Part shown: piece by piece, positions 59,235-64,000 of the stretch
Layout of the letters: every line of letters starts with the position of its first letter
How positions within the stretch are numbered: the stretch's first letter is position 1
From: an uncultured bacterium
Lineage (GTDB): Bacteria; Babelota; Babeliae; Babelales; Vermiphilaceae
Assembly (NCBI GenBank): GCA_963701085.1
Contig: OY969561.1
Location: 1,024,001-1,088,000, forward strand
Reading direction: 5' to 3'
Length of the DNA stretch: 64,000 nucleotides
Program-made: the position numbers and the translations under genes
Notes under the pieces: model-generated
Databases searched by the model: none
What the model was told of the DNA's origin: nothing
The model's input: the letters and a program-made list of their open reading frames with translations, nothing else

Positions 59235-60792
59235 CTAAAATGGCCACCATGAACGCAAATAGCTAAAGAAGTTACCAAAGGTTTGTTTTATTGCGGTGAA
59301 TTGAGTAGTTATCCATGATGGTATCCATCTTTGTGATTCTTGTCTCTCTTGTTCCAATATTCTTGCTCGTTCTAATAACTCTTGGTCTAGCCTTCGTTCT
59401 TCTCTCTCTCGATATTTTAGTCTTGCCTCGTTTTGTTGTTTTTCTTCTGCTGACCTTATTAGTTTGTCTAATCTCTCTTGCTCTAGTCTTTGTTCCTCTG
59501 CTATTTGTTGGTCATGTTTTTCATAGTCTTTTAGCGCATTTAGAATTTTGTTTCGATCCTCTGTGGTAATGCGCTCGTTTTGTGCATTTTTTGCTACTTC
59601 TCTTCTAAAGCCGGCATTAAGAGCTCTAAGACATTTCTCTGTAAGTTGTGCAGATTCTGATATTTTCTTTTGCTGCTCTTGTTCTAGTCTTTCTTGTTCC
59701 GCTAGTCTTTTTTGCTCTGCTATTATTACTTGTTCTAATTGCTTTTGTTCATCTCTTTGTTGTTGCAGTTTCCATTCTCGATAAGAACTGGCTTCTTTAA
59801 ACTTTTGATCTAGTTTGTTATATCGTTCAGAGAACTCATTTTGAAGATTTTTTCGTAAATCCGCAAGGAGCACAAGGTAATCAAAAAGCTGGTCTATGGT
59901 AAAATTTGTGTAATCTACTAATATTTGTTGATCGATTTCGGTGAACAAATTTATTTGATGAGAGACAATGCTGAGTAACTCCTGGTATGTTTCTTTTTTT
60001 GTTAGTCTCTTCGGGGTTTTTTGAATTTTTTAACTGAGCAATAGATGCTTCTAGATTTGTTTTATATGTACGGAGAGCTTTTAAGGGAATTTCTTCTTTT
60101 TGTAGCTTAGTTTTCAGTTGATCGTTGAATTGAAGTTCTAGTTTATCTATCTCTGTTTCAATTTCTGCCTTTTTGTCCAAACCAAAAGGATAGTTCACGT
60201 TGTTCAATTTCGTATTACTCTTTGAGTCTCGTGAGCTTGTAGGTTTTTTATAGAGAGAAGATTCAAGTTCTTTATAGATAGCCGGTTGAGGGAGATTATA
60301 GAGATCGGTTAATATGTTGAGTTTGTTTTTTAAACCGATTGGTTGTTGGTTGAGATCTTCGATTATCTTGTTAATGGTTTTGCCATTAATAATTTTTAGC
60401 GTGTAATCTATGGCGCTCAATTTATTTTTTGTTAGTTTTTTGGGCGTTTGAAGCTTTGATGAAATATCATCAATGATAGGTTTATATTTTTCTTGTTTAA
60501 GCTCATCAATATTTTTAATTTGCTCTGAAAGTGATTTGATTCTTTTTTGAGTGGATTTTTGTTGTAAAAAGCTGATAGGTTGTTTTTTAAGTGGCAATGC
60601 TTTTGAAATCTCTTTTTTTTGTTTCTCGGAGAATGAAGATTCAGAAATCATTGATTGAGGCAAATCAATAGTCCTTGGTTCAGAACGTTCAAAAAAACTT
60701 GATTGCATCAAGTCTCCTTCCATGCTCAAAGCTGGAGAGGTGATCGTAAGCATGATAAGTAACGCTGCATACAACGAATTATATTTTTTCAT
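59235..60792 (-). CDS. Secreted coiled-coil protein, probably one gene with a frameshift near 59950
   Basis: MKKYNSLYAALLIMLTITSPALS|ME; overlapping ORFs 59881-60816 and 59235-59948; ends YLRSWWPF. Confidence 0.6.
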
Positions 60793-61254
60793 AGTTTTTT
60801 TACTCATTTTTAACATTATTGCTTTCTATCGTCTTGTTTCTATTATACAGGATTTTATAAATAAAATGTAAGACTCGGTACTTTTTTTTTATACAATCAT
60901 GCAGTTTGGCTCATTGCGAGCCTTTTTGCATTTGATGTGGATTGGAATATTGAGTGAAGGGGAGGAGGGTAAAATAGACCATTTTTTGATAAATGAATTA
61001 CCCATAGGCGTTTTTAGAGAAATGTTTTTGCAAATGATTTACTTGTTTTTATTTGAGTAGAGGTCATTTTTTATTGCAAAATTGAGCTGTTCGCTCCTTG
61101 TGGCTGCGGCAATAGAAAGATGTTATGCCTGTGTTTTTTTATCCTAAATGAATTAAAAACAATTCGACGGTTGAAAAATATTTAAGAATATATTTTCTAT
61201 AAAAAGTTGAAAAAACTATTTGATTATAGGGGAGTTAGTCATTATCCTAGAATG

Positions 61255-61270
61255 ATACAACATGTTGTCT
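61255..61270. promoter_or_regulatory. Possible NrdR box
   Basis: atacaacatgttgtct palindrome resembling acaCwAtATaTwGtgt, about 160 bp upstream of nrdA. Confidence 0.35.
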
Positions 61271-61431
61271 TTTTTCATATAGCAACTATTTTAAAAAAGT
61301 TTTATATAAAAATAAGTTTTTTTAGTGCGCTTGTAATGCTTCAAACGCACTAATTAATCGTTGTATTTTTGTCCTCTAACAAGATGTATAGAATTAGTAG
61401 TGTGTAACACCTAAAAAAATTAAAGGATGAT

Positions 61432-63987
61432 ATGGAACAGCACGATCGTGTTTCAACCGCACCTTTTTTGACAAGTGATGCGGGTGAAAAAACAGAAAAA
61501 AATTTATATATGTTTTCTGTTGTAAAACCTGATGGAGTTCGGGAGATAGTAAGTGAAAAGCGGTTGCGACGAACGATTGGCTGGGCCTGCGTTGGGTATG
61601 AATCTTTTGTTGATGTTGAGTTAATTCTGAGTGAAACATTAAAAAATGTTTTTGATGGAATTACTCCTCAAGGCATAGCAGATGCTTTGATGCTAGCAAC
61701 AGTTACCTTTATTGAGCGTGATCCTGCGTATGGTAAAGTTGCGGTACGTTTACAGTTAAAAAAATTGTTTAAACAGGTAACACATAGTTCTATTATACGT
61801 ACTGATAGTGAAGAAGTTTATCGTAAATCTTTCGTGACTGGTATTACAACAGGCATAGATCTTGAACTGCTTGATGAACGTTTAGCTAGTTTTGATTTGG
61901 AATATCTTGCACAACAGTTATGTATTGAGCGGGATAATTTATTTGATTATATGGGTGTTAATACGTTGTATAAACGGTATTTTCTTAAACATGAAATACG
62001 TCATATAGAATTACCGCAAGTTTTTTGGATGCGTATTGCGATGGGGCTTGCGTATAATGAAGCAGATAAAAATAAAGCTGCTGTTGATTTTTATAACGTG
62101 ATGTCAACATTGCATTATGTACCAAGTACGCCAACATTGCTCCATGCAGGCCTCTTGCGCCCACAATTAAGTTCTTGCTTTCTTTCAACCGTGGAAGATG
62201 ATTTGGTGGATATTTTCAAAAGTTATTCAGATTCTGCGTTGCTTGCAAAATGGTCTGGGGGCGTTGCCGTTGATTGGAGTAATATTCGTGCCTGCGGAGC
62301 GATGGTCAATTCTATTAAAACGGAAAGCCAAGGTGTATTGCCGTTCTTGAAAATTAATAATGACGTTGTTGCGGCAATTAATAGAAGTGGTAAACGGCGT
62401 AGTGCTGCGGTTGTATATCTTGAAACATGGCATTTAGAAATTGAAGATTTTATTGATTTGCGCAAAAATACTGGTGATGAACGTCGTCGTACCCATGATA
62501 TTAATACCGCAAACTGGATTCCTGATCTGTTTATGAAGCGCGTAATTGCTGATCAAGAGTGGACATTGTTTTCTCCTGAAGAGACTCCTGATTTGCATCA
62601 TTTATATGGCAGTGCATTTGAAAGACGTTACACAGAGTATGAAGAGCTCGTGAAATTAAATGCTATCAAAATGCACAAGACACTTTCTGCACGAGGTTTG
62701 TGGCGTAAGATGTTAAGCCGATTATTTGAAACAGGTCATCCATGGATTACGTTTAAAGATGCATGTAACGTACGTTCACCGCAGGATCATGTTGGTGTTG
62801 TTCATAGTTCTAACTTATGTACAGAAATTACCCTTAATACTTCAGCACAGGAAATTGCCGTATGTAATTTGGGGTCAATTAATCTTGCATATCATGTGGC
62901 AAACGGCAAACTTGATGAAGAAAAATTAAGTAAAACAGTTGCGGTTGCCGTGCGCATGTTGGATAACGTTATTGATATCAACTATTATCCGGTTAAAGAA
63001 GCGCAAACATCCAATATGCGTCATCGTCCGGTCGGCCTTGGGGTTATGGGCTTTCAGGATTTATTGTATCAGGTAGGTCTTAATTTTTCATCAGAGAAAG
63101 TAATTGAATATTCTGATGAAGTAATGGAGTTGATTGCATATTATACCATTTTGACCTCATCGCAATTGGCCAAAGAACGTGGAGCATATGCATCGTACAA
63201 AGGTTCTAAGTGGGACCGTAATATTTTCCCTCAAGATACTATTGATCTTTTGGAAAAAGAACGCGGTGTTGCTATTGAATGTTCACGCGGTGGTAAACTT
63301 GATTGGACTCCCGTTCGTGAGCATGTACAGCGCCATGGTATGCGTAACTCAAATGTTATGGCAATTGCGCCAACAGCAACCATTGCAAATATTGCAGGAG
63401 TGTTCCCTTCTATTGAGCCGATTTATAAAAACATCTATGTTAAAACAAATATGAGTGGTGAATTTACCATTGTTAATAACTATTTGGTTGATGATTTAAA
63501 GGCTCTTGGATTGTGGGATCATGAGATGCTTGAATTGCTCAAGTATTATGATGGTAATGTGCAGATGATTGATGCTATTCCCCAAAATTTAAAAGATAAA
63601 TATCAAGAAGCGTTTGAGATTGGTCCATTACATCTTATTAATATTACTGCAGCACGTGGTAAATGGCTTGATCAAAGTATATCGCACAATGTTTTCATGA
63701 AAGGTGTTTCAGGGAAAATGTTGAACGATATTTATGTTGCTGCGTGGAGAGCTGGTCTTAAAACAACGTATTATTTGCGTACGCTTGGTGCGAGTCAGAT
63801 TGAAAAAGCAAGTTTGGATGCAAATAAGTTTGGCTTTACGCAAAAACGAATTTATAAAACAATGGATGGCGCAGTAGTTGAACTTGCTGAAATAGATAAA
63901 CAAGATGTTGTTTCATCAGATGAAGATATTGTTGCGGGTACTTCATGCAGTATTTCAGATGATCCTGCATGTGATGTGTGTCAATAA
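61432..63987 (+). CDS. nrdA: Ribonucleoside-diphosphate reductase class I alpha subunit with ATP cone
   Basis: VVKPDG ATP cone, PSTPTL, QLSSC, SNLCTEI, CNLGSINL, IAPTATI, LKTTYYLR, C-terminal CDVC. Confidence 0.96.
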   Translation: MEQHDRVSTAPFLTSDAGEKTEKNLYMFSVVKPDGVREIVSEKRLRRTIGWACVGYESFVDVELILSETLKNVFDGITPQGIADALMLATVTFIERDPAYGKVAVRLQLKKLFKQVTHSSIIRTDSEEVYRKSFVTGITTGIDLELLDERLASFDLEYLAQQLCIERDNLFDYMGVNTLYKRYFLKHEIRHIELPQVFWMRIAMGLAYNEADKNKAAVDFYNVMSTLHYVPSTPTLLHAGLLRPQLSSCFLSTVEDDLVDIFKSYSDSALLAKWSGGVAVDWSNIRACGAMVNSIKTESQGVLPFLKINNDVVAAINRSGKRRSAAVVYLETWHLEIEDFIDLRKNTGDERRRTHDINTANWIPDLFMKRVIADQEWTLFSPEETPDLHHLYGSAFERRYTEYEELVKLNAIKMHKTLSARGLWRKMLSRLFETGHPWITFKDACNVRSPQDHVGVVHSSNLCTEITLNTSAQEIAVCNLGSINLAYHVANGKLDEEKLSKTVAVAVRMLDNVIDINYYPVKEAQTSNMRHRPVGLGVMGFQDLLYQVGLNFSSEKVIEYSDEVMELIAYYTILTSSQLAKERGAYASYKGSKWDRNIFPQDTIDLLEKERGVAIECSRGGKLDWTPVREHVQRHGMRNSNVMAIAPTATIANIAGVFPSIEPIYKNIYVKTNMSGEFTIVNNYLVDDLKALGLWDHEMLELLKYYDGNVQMIDAIPQNLKDKYQEAFEIGPLHLINITAARGKWLDQSISHNVFMKGVSGKMLNDIYVAAWRAGLKTTYYLRTLGASQIEKASLDANKFGFTQKRIYKTMDGAVVELAEIDKQDVVSSDEDIVAGTSCSISDDPACDVCQ

Positions 63988-64000
63988 TCCGTTCGTATGG

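Noticed and set aside
60817-61431. Long ORF-free region as oriC, riboswitch or ncRNA
   Set aside because: No DnaA-box cluster or recognisable RNA motif; only a weak NrdR-like palindrome and a small hairpin near 61323-61352.
1-64000. tRNA, rRNA, prophage or IS transposase
   Set aside because: No supporting sequence recognised by eye; a tRNAscan/Infernal run would be needed to exclude small RNAs.

Overview
AT-rich bacterial chromosome segment that most resembles Candidatus Dependentiae/Babelota (TM6, protist-associated). That assignment is inferred from gene style: compact housekeeping genes mixed with many signal-peptide orphans, ankyrin and coiled-coil proteins and a large beta-barrel-like protein. 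Housekeeping genes are ldh (partial), rpsA, ndk, nusB, efp, glyA, alaS, pth, skp, a P-type ATPase, a PfkB kinase, hisS, secA, rsmE, tsaB, ruvX/yqgF, an AGCS transporter, murE, hppA, namZ and nrdA. There are also HicAB and RelBE-type TA loci and a glycosylation cluster. No rRNA, tRNA, CRISPR array or transposase was seen. Four things stand out. (1) A modular, self-nesting family of GC-rich palindromic repeats occurs at 12 loci; five lie inside coding sequences (rpsA, pth, pfkB, murE, namZ) without breaking the frame, like Rickettsia RPEs. (2) In the glycosylation cluster, the nucleotide-sugar enzymes, including UDP-glucose dehydrogenase, carry signal peptides. (3) Fourteen orphan proteins have Met (usually Met-Glu/Asp/Asn/Gln) right after the predicted signal cleavage site. 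(4) Three accessory modules are each bracketed by a duplicated terminator hairpin. Frameshifts in secA, alaS and several orphans look like single-base sequencing indels.
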